From positions 438 to 27,156 of the forward strand of contig DBOW01000086.1 in NCBI GenBank assembly GCA_002299675.1: 26,719 nt of DNA. Reading direction: 5' to 3'. A model generated the notes under the pieces. The model did not search any database and was not told the DNA's origin. It saw only the letters and a program-made list of their open reading frames with translations. The DNA comes from Solobacterium sp. UBA636 (GTDB lineage Bacteria > Bacillota_I > Bacilli_A > Erysipelotrichales > Erysipelotrichaceae). Made by a program: the position numbers and the translations under genes. This document shows positions 1 to 9,363 of the stretch, piece by piece (the first letter of the stretch is position 1; every line of letters begins with the position of its first letter).

Positions 1-711
1 GAAATATTAAGCTGTACAAGGCAGACGGTGTCCAATTATGAAAGAGGTGTATCTGAACCAGATCTTGAAAGCATCAGAAAGATGGCTGATATTTTTAGCT
101 GCGACATTAATGAATTAATCAATGAAGAAAATAAAAAAGACAGGAAAATAATTGTCAATAGTCTTATCAGAACAATCGTTATTGAAACAGTCTGTCTTGT
201 TTTATATTTAATATCGCTGAGAATGTTTCCGGTATATTTTAATAATGCCTTATTGATTACAAGGATTATGGTTATACCTGCTGGTTTATATTTTCTGGGT
301 GTTTTTATAGGTGATGTATTAAGTTTCTATAATATTAAAATTAAGAATAATAAAATCAGGAAAGTCATAAGGATAATACTTATTGTGTTTCTGAGCGTTG
401 ATATCGTGATACTGATGCCAGCACTTATCTATAATCTCTATATTATGATTATGAAACTGATTAAGACGGGCAATATTTCTTTCAGTTTTAATGGCGGTCT
501 ATTCTATTACAGATTTGCCTATCCCTTTGTGATTATTAATATGAGATGCAGCTGGATATTTGCGTTAGTGGGTATTGGTATGAGATTGTCTAAAATGAAA
601 AAAGTTACAAATAATGAAAATAAATCGCAGAAAAATGATGAAAACATCTTGTATAAGAGTACTCCCCGGTATTATCATAGACACGTAAATGACTTTGACG
701 GAGAAAAGTAA
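1..711 (+). CDS. XRE-family helix-turn-helix regulator with C-terminal multi-pass membrane domain (5'-truncated by window edge)
   Basis: Frame is open from base 1: EILSCTRQTVSNYERGVSEPDLESIRKMADIFSCDINELI is a typical HTH_3/XRE motif. About four hydrophobic segments follow. The GTG at 28 is probably internal. Confidence 0.8.
   Translation, partial: EILSCTRQTVSNYERGVSEPDLESIRKMADIFSCDINELINEENKKDRKIIVNSLIRTIVIETVCLVLYLISLRMFPVYFNNALLITRIMVIPAGLYFLGVFIGDVLSFYNIKIKNNKIRKVIRIILIVFLSVDIVILMPALIYNLYIMIMKLIKTGNISFSFNGGLFYYRFAYPFVIINMRCSWIFALVGIGMRLSKMKKVTNNENKSQKNDENILYKSTPRYYHRHVNDFDGEK
649..678 (+). promoter_or_regulatory. Putative sigmaA promoter for the T-box/gltBD leader
   Basis: TTGTAT (649-654), 18 nt spacer, TATCAT (673-678), immediately upstream of T-box stem I. 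Confidence 0.5.
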
Positions 712-938
712 CTAAAGACAAGGTTCAAGAAAGCTGACGGATGATGTGAGTCAGCACCAGACTTAAGTGAAAAGACCCTCTATCAGTTGCAACCCGAACT
801 AAGTAGGGAAGCCGGCATATCTTACGTTAGTAGAGAGAGGTTTGTTAGAACCTTGAAACAAGTGGCTAAAAGGCAAAACAGGTGGCACCGCGGATTATAT
901 TCGTCCTGACGATAGGATGATACTCTGCGGTGTTTTTT
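688..938 (+). promoter_or_regulatory. T-box riboswitch (transcriptional attenuator) upstream of gltB
   Basis: Stem I has AGTA (707-710)/GAA (769-771) and an apical GCTGAC/GTCAGC stem (733-738/750-755). Stem II is CCC-GAA..AGTA-GGG (793-808), followed by CGTTA (825-829) and the T-box AGGTGGCACCGCG (880-892). Antiterminator CAGG/CCTG; terminator CACCGCGGA/TCTGCGGTG plus T6 (886-938). Confidence 0.93.
886..938 (+). terminator. Intrinsic terminator of the T-box leader
   Basis: Outer stem 886-894/924-932, inner stem TCGTCCT/AGGATGA (901-907/914-920), TTTTTT at 933-938. Confidence 0.85.
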
Positions 939-965
939 GATTATACGGATAAGGAGACAAAGAAG

Positions 966-3900
966 ATGAACACATTACTAGATGAAACTTATGAACATGA
1001 TAACTGTGGCATAGGAGCGGTGGTTTCCATTGAAGGCATCAAAACTCATAAAACAGTTGATGACGCTCTGCATATTGTTGAAAAACTGGACCATCGCGCA
1101 GGAAGAGATGGTGAAGGAACAACGGGAGATGGAGTTGGCATTCTGACTCAGATTCCAGATATACTGTTTAGAAAAGAAATAAAACTGCCTGAAGCCTATG
1201 GGGTGGGCATGTTCTTTTTCCCAGTCAGTGAAAAGAAAAGACGCCAGGACATGAAAATGTTTGAGACCATCTGTGATAAAGAGGGCCTGAAGTTTTTGAC
1301 ATGGCGTAAAGTTCCGGTAAATGAAAAGGTGATTTCCAAAAAAGCTCTGGACTCCTGTCCAGCTATATATCAGGCTTTTGTCTATAGTGAAGAAATTAAA
1401 AAAAGCGGCATTGAACTGGACCGTAAATTATATATCGTACGACGTATTTTTGAATCATCGGCTATTGATACCTATGTCTGCTCACTTTCCAGCCGGACTA
1501 TAGTCTATAAAGGCATGTTCCTGGTTGACCAGCTGAGAAAGTTCTATCTTGATCTGATGAACGAGGATTATAGCTCAGCTCTGGCTTTGGTACACTCCCG
1601 TTTTTCAACCAATACCAATCCATCGTGGATGCGTGCTCATCCTAACCGCTATATTATGCATAATGGTGAAATCAATACCATCAAGGGCAACAGCGGCAAG
1701 ATGCTCTCCCGTGAAGAAACAATGTACAGCGATATACTGAAAGATGATATTGAAAAAGTATATCCGGTAATTAATTCATCAGGTTCTGACTCAGCTATGC
1801 TTGATAATACCCTGGAATTTATGATGATGGCTGGAACACCACTGGAAGAGGCTGTGCTTAAACTGATACCAGAACCATGGCAGAACGAGGAAAATATTTC
1901 TAAGCAGAAAAAAGATTTTTATGAATACAATGCCACAATGATGGAACCATGGGATGGTCCCGCCAGCATTATCTTTTCAGATGGCGATATTATGGGTGCT
2001 GTACTTGACCGTAATGGCTTAAGACCATCAAGATACTATGTTACCGGTGACAATTATCTGATTCTTTCGTCTGAAGTTGGCGTACTTGATATTGAGAATG
2101 AAAACATTCTGAAGAAAGACAGACTTAAACCTGGAAGAATGCTGCTGGTAGATACTAAAGAAAAAAGAATTATTTCTGATGAAGAAATTAAAGATAAATA
2201 CTCATCTGAACATCCCTATGGCGAATGGCTAAAGACCAATATGATTAAACTTTCCGATCTGCCTTTGCCTAATAAGAAAACAATTGAATACTCAAAAGAT
2301 GAGATGCAGCATCTAAAGAAGATGTTTGATTATTCCTATGAAGATATCTATGACTATATCTACAAGATTGCGCTTAATGGCCAGGAAGCAGTTGTCTCCA
2401 TGGGGGCCGATATTCCTCTGGCTGTCATGTCTAAAAGACATCAGCCACTGTTCAACTATTTTAAACAGCTTTTTGCCCAGGTAACAAATCCGCCTATTGA
2501 TGCCATAAGAGAAAAGATTGTAACCTCTACTTCGGTATATCTTGGAAGGGATGGCAACCTTTTAAAGGATGAACCTCTCAACTGCCAGGTTCTAAAAATC
2601 AATAACCCGATTCTTTCTAACCTGGATATGCTTAAAATCCGCAATATTAAAAAAGACGGATTTAAAGTCTGTGATATTTCTATTCTTTACTATAAACATA
2701 CCCCAATGGAGAGGGTCTTGCAGAATCTTTTCAGAGAGGTTGACAAGGCACTCAAAAACAAAGCCAATATTATTGTACTGAGCGATAGGGGAGTAGACGA
2801 ATATCATGTACCGCTCCCATCTCTTCTGGCGGTATCGAGTGTTCATCAGTATCTTTTAAGAACTAAAAGAAGAATGTCCTGCGCACTGATTATCGAAACA
2901 GCTGAGCCAAAAGAAGTACACCATTATGCAACTCTGCTGGGCTATGGTGCCTCAGCCATAAACGGCTATCTGGCTCAGGATGTTATCCACGAACTGGTAG
3001 ATGAAGGAGTGCTTGACAAGGATTATTATGCAGCGGTTCATGATTATAATCTGGGTATTTTAAAGGGCATTGTCAAGATTGCCTCCAAGATGGGTATTTC
3101 TACTCTGCAGTCATATCTTGGCTCACAGAATTTCGAGGCAATCGGTATAGATGAAAAACTGGTTAAAGAACATTTTGGACAGACTATATCAAGAATTGGC
3201 GGTATTACACTTGATGATATTGAAAAAGACATGGATGAACTCCATGATTCTGTTTTTGATCCATTTGGCCTGAATGTTGATCTTATCGAAAGCTCAAGAG
3301 GAGAACATAGAAGCCGTGCCGGCAAGGAGGAACACCTTTATAATCCTGAAGTAATTCATTTATTACAGAAAGCTGTACGAAATGATGATTACGAAGCTTA
3401 TAAAGAGTACTCTAAGCTTGTTGACGATGAAGCGTCGAGAAGCCATTTGAGAGGTCTGATGGAATTTAACAGTGACAGAAAACCACTAAACATTGAGGAA
3501 GTAGAATCAGAATATGAAATAGTAAAACGGTTCAAGACTGGTGCCATGTCTTTTGGCTCACTGTCTCCTGAAGCTCACAGAACTCTGGCAATTGCGATGA
3601 ACAGACTTCACGGCAAGTCTAATTCGGGTGAAGGTGGTGAAGAGGAGGAAAGATATATTCCGATTAATGGGGATGATGCATCCAGCCATATTAAACAGGT
3701 AGCCTCAGGAAGGTTTGGCGTAACTTCAAGCTATCTAAATCACTGTGATGAAATACAGATAAAAATGGCTCAGGGAGCCAAACCGGGCGAAGGTGGACAG
3801 CTTCCAGGAGGAAAAGTTTATCCATGGGTGGCAAAAGCCAGACATTCAACTGCTGGTGTATCTTTAATATCGCCTCCGCCACATCACGATATTTACTCAA

Positions 3901-5453
3901 TCGAAGATCTGGCTGAACTGATCTATGATTTAAAATGTGCCAATGATAATGCCCGCATTTCCGTTAAGCTGGTATCACAGGCGGGTGTAGGAACAGTTGC
4001 CTCGGGTGTTGCCAAGGCGGGTTCGCAGGTAATCTTAATTTCCGGTTATGATGGCGGTACTGGTGCTGCGCCTAAAAACGCCATTTATAATGCCGGTCTT
4101 CCCTGGGAGCTTGGCTTATCCGAAACCCATCAGGCACTTCTTTCTAATGGCTTAAGAGATAAAGTAACACTGGAAACAGACGGCAAACTTATGACAGGAA
4201 GAGATGTAGTTATAGCCTCTTTACTGGGTGCGGAAGAATTTGGCTTTGCCAGTGCACCGCTGGTAACAATGGGATGCGTTATGATGAGAGTCTGCAACCT
4301 CGATACCTGTCCGGTTGGCATCACTACCCAAAATCCTGAGCTCAGGAAATATTTTGCCGGCAAGCCAGAACACGTAATGAACTTTATGCTTTATACCGCA
4401 AGACAGGTAAGAGAAATAATGGCTGAACTGGGATTCAGAAATATGAATGAAATGTGTGGCCATGTAGAAGTCTTAAAGAAAAAAGATTATGATAAAAATG
4501 ACCGCTTCTGTAAAATCAGTCTGGATAATATAATCGGCTACAATAAAGAGGAAACAGATGTAGCTGATAAACATCTTTATGATTTTAAATTAGATGAAAA
4601 ACTTGATTCAAAGCTGCTTAAAGAAGGACTGGAAAAAAATATAAAAAACAATAAAGCAGTTAAATTAAATATCAGAATCAAAAATACCGATAGAGCTTTT
4701 GGAACCCTGATTGGTTCCAGAATTACCAGAACTGGAATCAACTATAAGCCAAATACTTTTGTATTGAACACGGAAGGCTCAGCCGGCCAGTCTTTCGGAG
4801 CCTTTATTCCAAAAGGTTTAACACTCAATCTGCTGGGTGATGCCAACGACTATCTGGGCAAAGGCTTAAGTGGTGGAATTATTTCGGTTAAATGTCCGAA
4901 GGTTAAAGACTTCAAAGAAGATGACAATATAATCATTGGCAATGTTGCGATGTATGGGGCAACAGGAGGCGAGGCGTATATCAACGGCGTTTCAGGAGAA
5001 AGATTCTGTGTCAGAAACTCGGGTGCTGAGTGCGTAGTTGAAGGCTGTGGCGATCATGCACTGGAATATATGACTGGCGGTACGGTACTCATTCTCGGCA
5101 AGACCGGCAGAAATGTGGCAGCCGGAATGTCAGGTGGTGTGGCCTATATCTATGATGCAGATAATACTCTATATACCCGTTTAAACACTGAACTTGTAAA
5201 GATGGAATATATTATTGATAAAGCAGATAAAGAAAAGATTGTCTCACTGCTGGAAAATCATATTAAGTATACCGATTCAGCAAAAGCTAAATATATTCTT
5301 AAAAATATTGAAAACGAAATAAATAATTTCAAGACAGTTATTCCGGTTAAATACCGTGAAATGTTAAAAACCGTCAAGAAATTTGAAGCCATGGGCATGA
5401 AAGAAGAAGAGGCAAAACTTGAAGCCTTCGAATATATGAAAGGAGCAAACTGA
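966..5453 (+). CDS. gltB: Glutamate synthase large subunit
   Basis: HDNCGIG (Ntn-amidotransferase Cys), HSRFSTNT, HNGEINT, EPWDGP, KSNSGEGG, QGAKPGEGGQLPG, GCVMMRVCNLDTCPVG (3Fe-4S) and GXGXG C-terminal repeats. Start moved to ATG 966 behind AAGGAG (951-956), because the GTG at 930 lies in the terminator. Confidence 0.97.
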   Translation: MNTLLDETYEHDNCGIGAVVSIEGIKTHKTVDDALHIVEKLDHRAGRDGEGTTGDGVGILTQIPDILFRKEIKLPEAYGVGMFFFPVSEKKRRQDMKMFETICDKEGLKFLTWRKVPVNEKVISKKALDSCPAIYQAFVYSEEIKKSGIELDRKLYIVRRIFESSAIDTYVCSLSSRTIVYKGMFLVDQLRKFYLDLMNEDYSSALALVHSRFSTNTNPSWMRAHPNRYIMHNGEINTIKGNSGKMLSREETMYSDILKDDIEKVYPVINSSGSDSAMLDNTLEFMMMAGTPLEEAVLKLIPEPWQNEENISKQKKDFYEYNATMMEPWDGPASIIFSDGDIMGAVLDRNGLRPSRYYVTGDNYLILSSEVGVLDIENENILKKDRLKPGRMLLVDTKEKRIISDEEIKDKYSSEHPYGEWLKTNMIKLSDLPLPNKKTIEYSKDEMQHLKKMFDYSYEDIYDYIYKIALNGQEAVVSMGADIPLAVMSKRHQPLFNYFKQLFAQVTNPPIDAIREKIVTSTSVYLGRDGNLLKDEPLNCQVLKINNPILSNLDMLKIRNIKKDGFKVCDISILYYKHTPMERVLQNLFREVDKALKNKANIIVLSDRGVDEYHVPLPSLLAVSSVHQYLLRTKRRMSCALIIETAEPKEVHHYATLLGYGASAINGYLAQDVIHELVDEGVLDKDYYAAVHDYNLGILKGIVKIASKMGISTLQSYLGSQNFEAIGIDEKLVKEHFGQTISRIGGITLDDIEKDMDELHDSVFDPFGLNVDLIESSRGEHRSRAGKEEHLYNPEVIHLLQKAVRNDDYEAYKEYSKLVDDEASRSHLRGLMEFNSDRKPLNIEEVESEYEIVKRFKTGAMSFGSLSPEAHRTLAIAMNRLHGKSNSGEGGEEEERYIPINGDDASSHIKQVASGRFGVTSSYLNHCDEIQIKMAQGAKPGEGGQLPGGKVYPWVAKARHSTAGVSLISPPPHHDIYSIEDLAELIYDLKCANDNARISVKLVSQAGVGTVASGVAKAGSQVILISGYDGGTGAAPKNAIYNAGLPWELGLSETHQALLSNGLRDKVTLETDGKLMTGRDVVIASLLGAEEFGFASAPLVTMGCVMMRVCNLDTCPVGITTQNPELRKYFAGKPEHVMNFMLYTARQVREIMAELGFRNMNEMCGHVEVLKKKDYDKNDRFCKISLDNIIGYNKEETDVADKHLYDFKLDEKLDSKLLKEGLEKNIKNNKAVKLNIRIKNTDRAFGTLIGSRITRTGINYKPNTFVLNTEGSAGQSFGAFIPKGLTLNLLGDANDYLGKGLSGGIISVKCPKVKDFKEDDNIIIGNVAMYGATGGEAYINGVSGERFCVRNSGAECVVEGCGDHALEYMTGGTVLILGKTGRNVAAGMSGGVAYIYDADNTLYTRLNTELVKMEYIIDKADKEKIVSLLENHIKYTDSAKAKYILKNIENEINNFKTVIPVKYREMLKTVKKFEAMGMKEEEAKLEAFEYMKGAN

Positions 5454-6892
5454 TGGGTGTAGCTGATGCATTTTTAAACGTCGAAAGACAGGAAAATAAA
5501 TCTCGGAGTGTTAAAGAAAGAATCAATGATTTTGAAGAATTTCATGAACCATTAAATCAGGAACTCAGAAAAAAACAGGCATCAAGATGCATGAACTGCG
5601 GAATTCCCTACTGTGGTTTTGGAAAGAATATTGAAGGCATGACAGTTGGCTGCCCCCTGCATAATCTGTGCCCGGAATTCAACGACGCCCTAAGCAAAGG
5701 TCAGTATGAACTGGCATTAAACAGACTTTTAAAAACCAATCCTTTCCCCGAATTCACATCCCGTGTCTGTCCCGCTCTGTGTGAAAAAGCCTGCGTTGAA
5801 GGATTAAACTTCAAACCAGTCACTACTAAAGACAATGAATTTGAAATAATTGAAAGAGGTTTCGCTGATGGCTTAATTAAGCCAAGAACCGACATTGGCA
5901 GAAATGGAAAAAAAGTAGCGGTTATTGGCTCTGGCCCAGCAGGACTTGCCTGTGCAAGTGAACTTAATATAAAGGGGTTTGAAGTAACAGTAATCGAAAA
6001 AGAAGATGACTTTGGCGGGCTTTTAATGTATGGCATTCCCAATATGAAACTGGAAAAACCAGTTATTAAAAGAAGGATAGATATATTAAAACAAGAAGGT
6101 ATTAATTTTATCTGCAGCACAAACATTGATTCCAAAGAAAAAGGTGATGAACTGCTCAAAAAATATGATGGAGTAGTTCTGGCTTGTGGAAGTCAGGTTC
6201 CAAGAAGCCTTGGAGTAGAAAACGAAGATGCAGCAGGTATCTATTTTGCGGTAGATTTCTTAACCAAAACTACCAGAAGCATCAAGAACAGTATTCCCTA
6301 TGAAATAAACGCAAAGGACAAAAATGTTGTCATAGTTGGTGGTGGTGATACAGGAAATGACTGCGTGGGAACCTGTATCAGAATGGGCTGCAAATCTGTG
6401 ATACAGCTTGAAATGATGAGCGAACCTCCACTTAGCAGAACTGCAGATAATCCATGGCCACTATGGCCTCTGGTAAAGAAGACAGATTATGGCCAGGAAG
6501 AATCAATAGAAATATTCGGAAAGGATCCAAGAATCTACAATACAACCGTCAACAGGATTATTACGGATGAAAACAATAAACTTCAGGCTATTGAGACGGT
6601 TAAAGTATTCAGAGAAAACGGCAGATTTGTCAAAGATGAAAAAAGTATTAAAAGACTAAACTGCGATTTACTGTTTATTGCGGCCGGCTTTGTAGATTTT
6701 AATGATGACATTAAAAAAGCATTTGGTCTGGTGAGCGAAAGAGGAAAAGCTGTAAATAATAATTATCAGATAAAAGATAAACTGTTCGTCTGTGGCGACA
6801 TGGCCAGTGGCCAGTCTCTGGTAGTCAAGGCCATGGCTTCGGGACTTGAATGCGCAAAGTCTGTAAATAAGTATTTAATGGATATAGAATAG
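5453..6892 (+). CDS. gltD: Glutamate synthase small subunit (NAD(P)H)
   Basis: RCMNCGIPYC...GCP Fe-S motif, GSGPAG, GGGDTGNDC. TGATG overlap with gltB. Confidence 0.96.
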   Translation: MGVADAFLNVERQENKSRSVKERINDFEEFHEPLNQELRKKQASRCMNCGIPYCGFGKNIEGMTVGCPLHNLCPEFNDALSKGQYELALNRLLKTNPFPEFTSRVCPALCEKACVEGLNFKPVTTKDNEFEIIERGFADGLIKPRTDIGRNGKKVAVIGSGPAGLACASELNIKGFEVTVIEKEDDFGGLLMYGIPNMKLEKPVIKRRIDILKQEGINFICSTNIDSKEKGDELLKKYDGVVLACGSQVPRSLGVENEDAAGIYFAVDFLTKTTRSIKNSIPYEINAKDKNVVIVGGGDTGNDCVGTCIRMGCKSVIQLEMMSEPPLSRTADNPWPLWPLVKKTDYGQEESIEIFGKDPRIYNTTVNRIITDENNKLQAIETVKVFRENGRFVKDEKSIKRLNCDLLFIAAGFVDFNDDIKKAFGLVSERGKAVNNNYQIKDKLFVCGDMASGQSLVVKAMASGLECAKSVNKYLMDIE

Positions 6893-6905
6893 GCTGACTC
6901 TTTGT

Positions 6906-6934
6906 TTGTTTAAATACTAATTTATAGCTATAAT
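6906..6934 (+). promoter_or_regulatory. Putative sigmaA promoter of RpiR-like gene
   Basis: TTGTTT (6906-6911), 17 nt spacer, TATAAT (6929-6934). Confidence 0.55.
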
Positions 6935-6965
6935 GGTTTTATTGACGTTCAGGGGATGGGATAAG

Positions 6966-7733
6966 ATGAAGCTGTTTTACAATTTGCTGTATCTGAAAAC
7001 TTATAACAAAAAAGGAAGCATAGAATCGAATATATCAGAAGCTGTTCTGGATATGGTATTTTCTGATGAGGATATAAACATTAAAAATGTTGCACAGAGA
7101 GCCAATGTATCAATGGCTTCAATTTCTGCGTTTGTCAGAAAACTTGGCTATAATAATTTTAAGTCGCTGACAGGAGATCTCAGGAATATTAAGAACGAAT
7201 ATTCTTATCGGGTAATTGAGGACAAGAAAGAATACACTTCGACTGATGATCTTTTTGAACAGTTAGAGAAAAGTGAGGAACAGATTTTCGAAGCGCTGCA
7301 AAAGGCTAATAGTCAGGAAAAATATCTTAAAGCCGCTGCAATGCTGCTTAATGCCATTAAAATAGTTTTTGTGGGTGGTATCAGGCCTCAAATGGCCAGT
7401 TTTCTGGAGATGGAACTTCTAAGAATCGGAAAAAGCTGTATAAATTATATTAGCCCAATTGACCAGGAAGATGAACTAAAGCGCTGTTTAGATAACGAAA
7501 ATGTCTGTCTGGTGGTTTTTGATATTGATGATGACAAAAAAGTAACATCTTATCTGATAAATTACATTCGGCAGATAAAAGATGTAATATATTTCAGCAA
7601 TAATAATTTTAATACACGCAATTGCGAACTGTGTTTCGACATAAATGCTGCAGGACTTCCCTATAGAATGATTCAAAGCGACATAGCGTTAAGAAGACTT
7701 ATAGCGCTTATCAGGAATCTGTATAAGCATTAA
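6966..7733 (+). CDS. MurR/RpiR-family transcriptional regulator (HTH_6 plus divergent SIS domain)
   Basis: IKNVAQRANVSMASISAFVRKLGYNNFKSL is the RpiR HTH motif. ATG 6966 follows a G-rich RBS; the ATG at 6933 overlaps the -10 box. Confidence 0.8.
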   Translation: MKLFYNLLYLKTYNKKGSIESNISEAVLDMVFSDEDINIKNVAQRANVSMASISAFVRKLGYNNFKSLTGDLRNIKNEYSYRVIEDKKEYTSTDDLFEQLEKSEEQIFEALQKANSQEKYLKAAAMLLNAIKIVFVGGIRPQMASFLEMELLRIGKSCINYISPIDQEDELKRCLDNENVCLVVFDIDDDKKVTSYLINYIRQIKDVIYFSNNNFNTRNCELCFDINAAGLPYRMIQSDIALRRLIALIRNLYKH

Positions 7734-7847
7734 TTTCATGAATCGTAAAATGTTTTAAAAAGACCGAAATTTTTATTGCCTGAAGGATGATAGAATGTTC
7801 CTGAGGAAGTGGGATAAATATGCTTAATAATTTTTGGAAGTATTTAT

Positions 7848-8030
7848 TTGGTACGGGTTGCTGGGATGTTAATAATAATTAATTTTATTTTTACCGTGCT
7901 GGGTTCTATTAATCTCTGTCTATGTTTATATGATCTGATGATTAATGATTATGAAGCTATGTTTATCCCTTTTTTGTTTATGCTTGTATCTTTTGTGGTG
8001 GTTTTCATCTGCCGAAGAAAAGAAGAATAA
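7848..8030 (+). CDS. Small hydrophobic two-TM protein (start uncertain: TTG 7848 or ATG 7866)
   Basis: Two hydrophobic stretches and a charged tail (RRKEE), followed by a hairpin. No family recognised. Confidence 0.4.
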   Translation: MVRVAGMLIIINFIFTVLGSINLCLCLYDLMINDYEAMFIPFLFMLVSFVVVFICRRKEE

Positions 8031-8031
8031 A

Positions 8032-8055
8032 AATGGTCACCATAGGGTGGCCATT
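8032..8055. terminator. Hairpin between convergent genes (likely terminator for the HAD gene, possibly bidirectional)
   Basis: AATGGTCACC-ATAG-GGTGGCCATT, with an A-run on the left giving a U-tract on the minus strand. Confidence 0.6.
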
Positions 8056-8692
8056 AGAATATATTTAGAAGTTCGCCGATATTTGAAATGGTAGTTACAT
8101 CATCATGAACATCACCATTTCTTGAAACATAAACTGGATATAGTCCGGCATTCCTTGATCCTTCAATATCAATGCGGTAGTTGTCGCCAATGTAGGCACA
8201 TTCCTCAGGCTTTAAATTAAGCTGTCCACAGACATAATGATAGATTTCGGGATCTGGCTTGTTTACATGAAATTCTCCTGAGACCAGGGAATAGTCCAGG
8301 AGGTCATAGATATTGATGGTTTCCATCTTTCTTCTTTGTGATATTTTGTTTCCATTGGAAAGAACTGCCAGCTTATATTTTTCTTTTAGCTTAGTAAGAG
8401 TTTCCCTGACGTCGGGGTAAAGATAGGCAACCTTGCCTGATTCGTTTGACCACGAAGCTGACAGTTCTTCTGGAGTGGGATTATTAAATTTATATTTGTC
8501 CTTCCACATCTGGAAAGTTATGTCTCTTGATACTTCTCCGTTTTTATCCCAGAGGATAATATCTTTCACCATACAGCTGATAAGGTTTTTGTCAGCTGTT
8601 ACTTTAGAGAATTCTCTTTCCAGCATTTCTGAAAATGCTCTTTGTCTGTCAATTAGAGTATTGTCCAGATCGAATATTAAAGCCCTGATCAT
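8054..8692 (-). CDS. HAD-superfamily hydrolase (YjjG-like, subfamily IA)
   Basis: Motif I FDLDNTL, motif II LSNG, motif III KPDPEIY, motif IV IGDNYRID. Confidence 0.92.
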   Translation of the reverse strand: MIRALIFDLDNTLIDRQRAFSEMLEREFSKVTADKNLISCMVKDIILWDKNGEVSRDITFQMWKDKYKFNNPTPEELSASWSNESGKVAYLYPDVRETLTKLKEKYKLAVLSNGNKISQRRKMETINIYDLLDYSLVSGEFHVNKPDPEIYHYVCGQLNLKPEECAYIGDNYRIDIEGSRNAGLYPVYVSRNGDVHDDVTTISNIGELLNIF

Positions 8693-9222
8693 CAGCTGTT
8701 TTTCTTTCTGGATACAAGTACAAGGATATATCTGACGCCTATAAACAGACAGCCAAAGGCACAGCAGATACAGACACCGTTTAAAAGCCTGTCACCCTGT
8801 TTATAGTTAAGCACAACAGTTATGATAAACAGGATACCCAGTACAATATAAAGAATAGACTTGATAGTTATAAGACTGGCAGGTGCATCATAAGCTTCAG
8901 GCTTATTCTTTTTGTCGGGCTTAAAGCCTTTGTACATTGTACAGTTGTCTAAGAATTTCCTGAATCGCCATTCTAAGAAAGCGAATACCGCAATACCAAT
9001 GATGATGCAGATATACCATTTGAACTCAAAAATCATGTTTGCAAAGATTGCCGATAACACCGCAAAGAGCACAACATTCGAGTATGTTTTAAAAGTTTTC
9101 TCTTTTTCTGGCGTAATAACGTAGCCGTTTTTTGTTATTGGATCGAGATATACTTTCTGATTCTTTCTATCTCGGTAGATGTTTATTCCTTCCAGTTCTT
9201 TTGTTTTGAATTTGTTTTCCAT
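8692..9222 (-). CDS. Hypothetical membrane protein (4 predicted TM segments)
   Basis: 176-aa ORF with AGGGAG RBS and TATAAT upstream on the minus strand. Coupled to the HAD gene by a 1-nt overlap. Confidence 0.75.
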   Translation of the reverse strand: MENKFKTKELEGINIYRDRKNQKVYLDPITKNGYVITPEKEKTFKTYSNVVLFAVLSAIFANMIFEFKWYICIIIGIAVFAFLEWRFRKFLDNCTMYKGFKPDKKNKPEAYDAPASLITIKSILYIVLGILFIITVVLNYKQGDRLLNGVCICCAFGCLFIGVRYILVLVSRKKNS

Positions 9223-9363
9223 AATATGCTCCCTTGATATCTATTATATGCGATTTTGTTTTGATTATATTTATTAAAATGAAATTTGTACTTTTTAGTA
9301 TGAGAATTTATATGTATCACTAATTTGTTAGAATAAAGAAGTAAATAAAGGAGATATTTGAAC

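Noticed and set aside
930..965. GTG start for gltB given in the ORF track
   Set aside because: Lies inside the T-box terminator. ATG 966 has an RBS and gives a normal-looking propeptide before the catalytic Cys.
2456..6159. Short minus-strand ORFs within gltB/gltD (and similar ones opposite EIIA, tnpB, dnaX, SNF2 and ppaC)
   Set aside because: Antisense shadows of well-supported genes, with no recognisable motifs.
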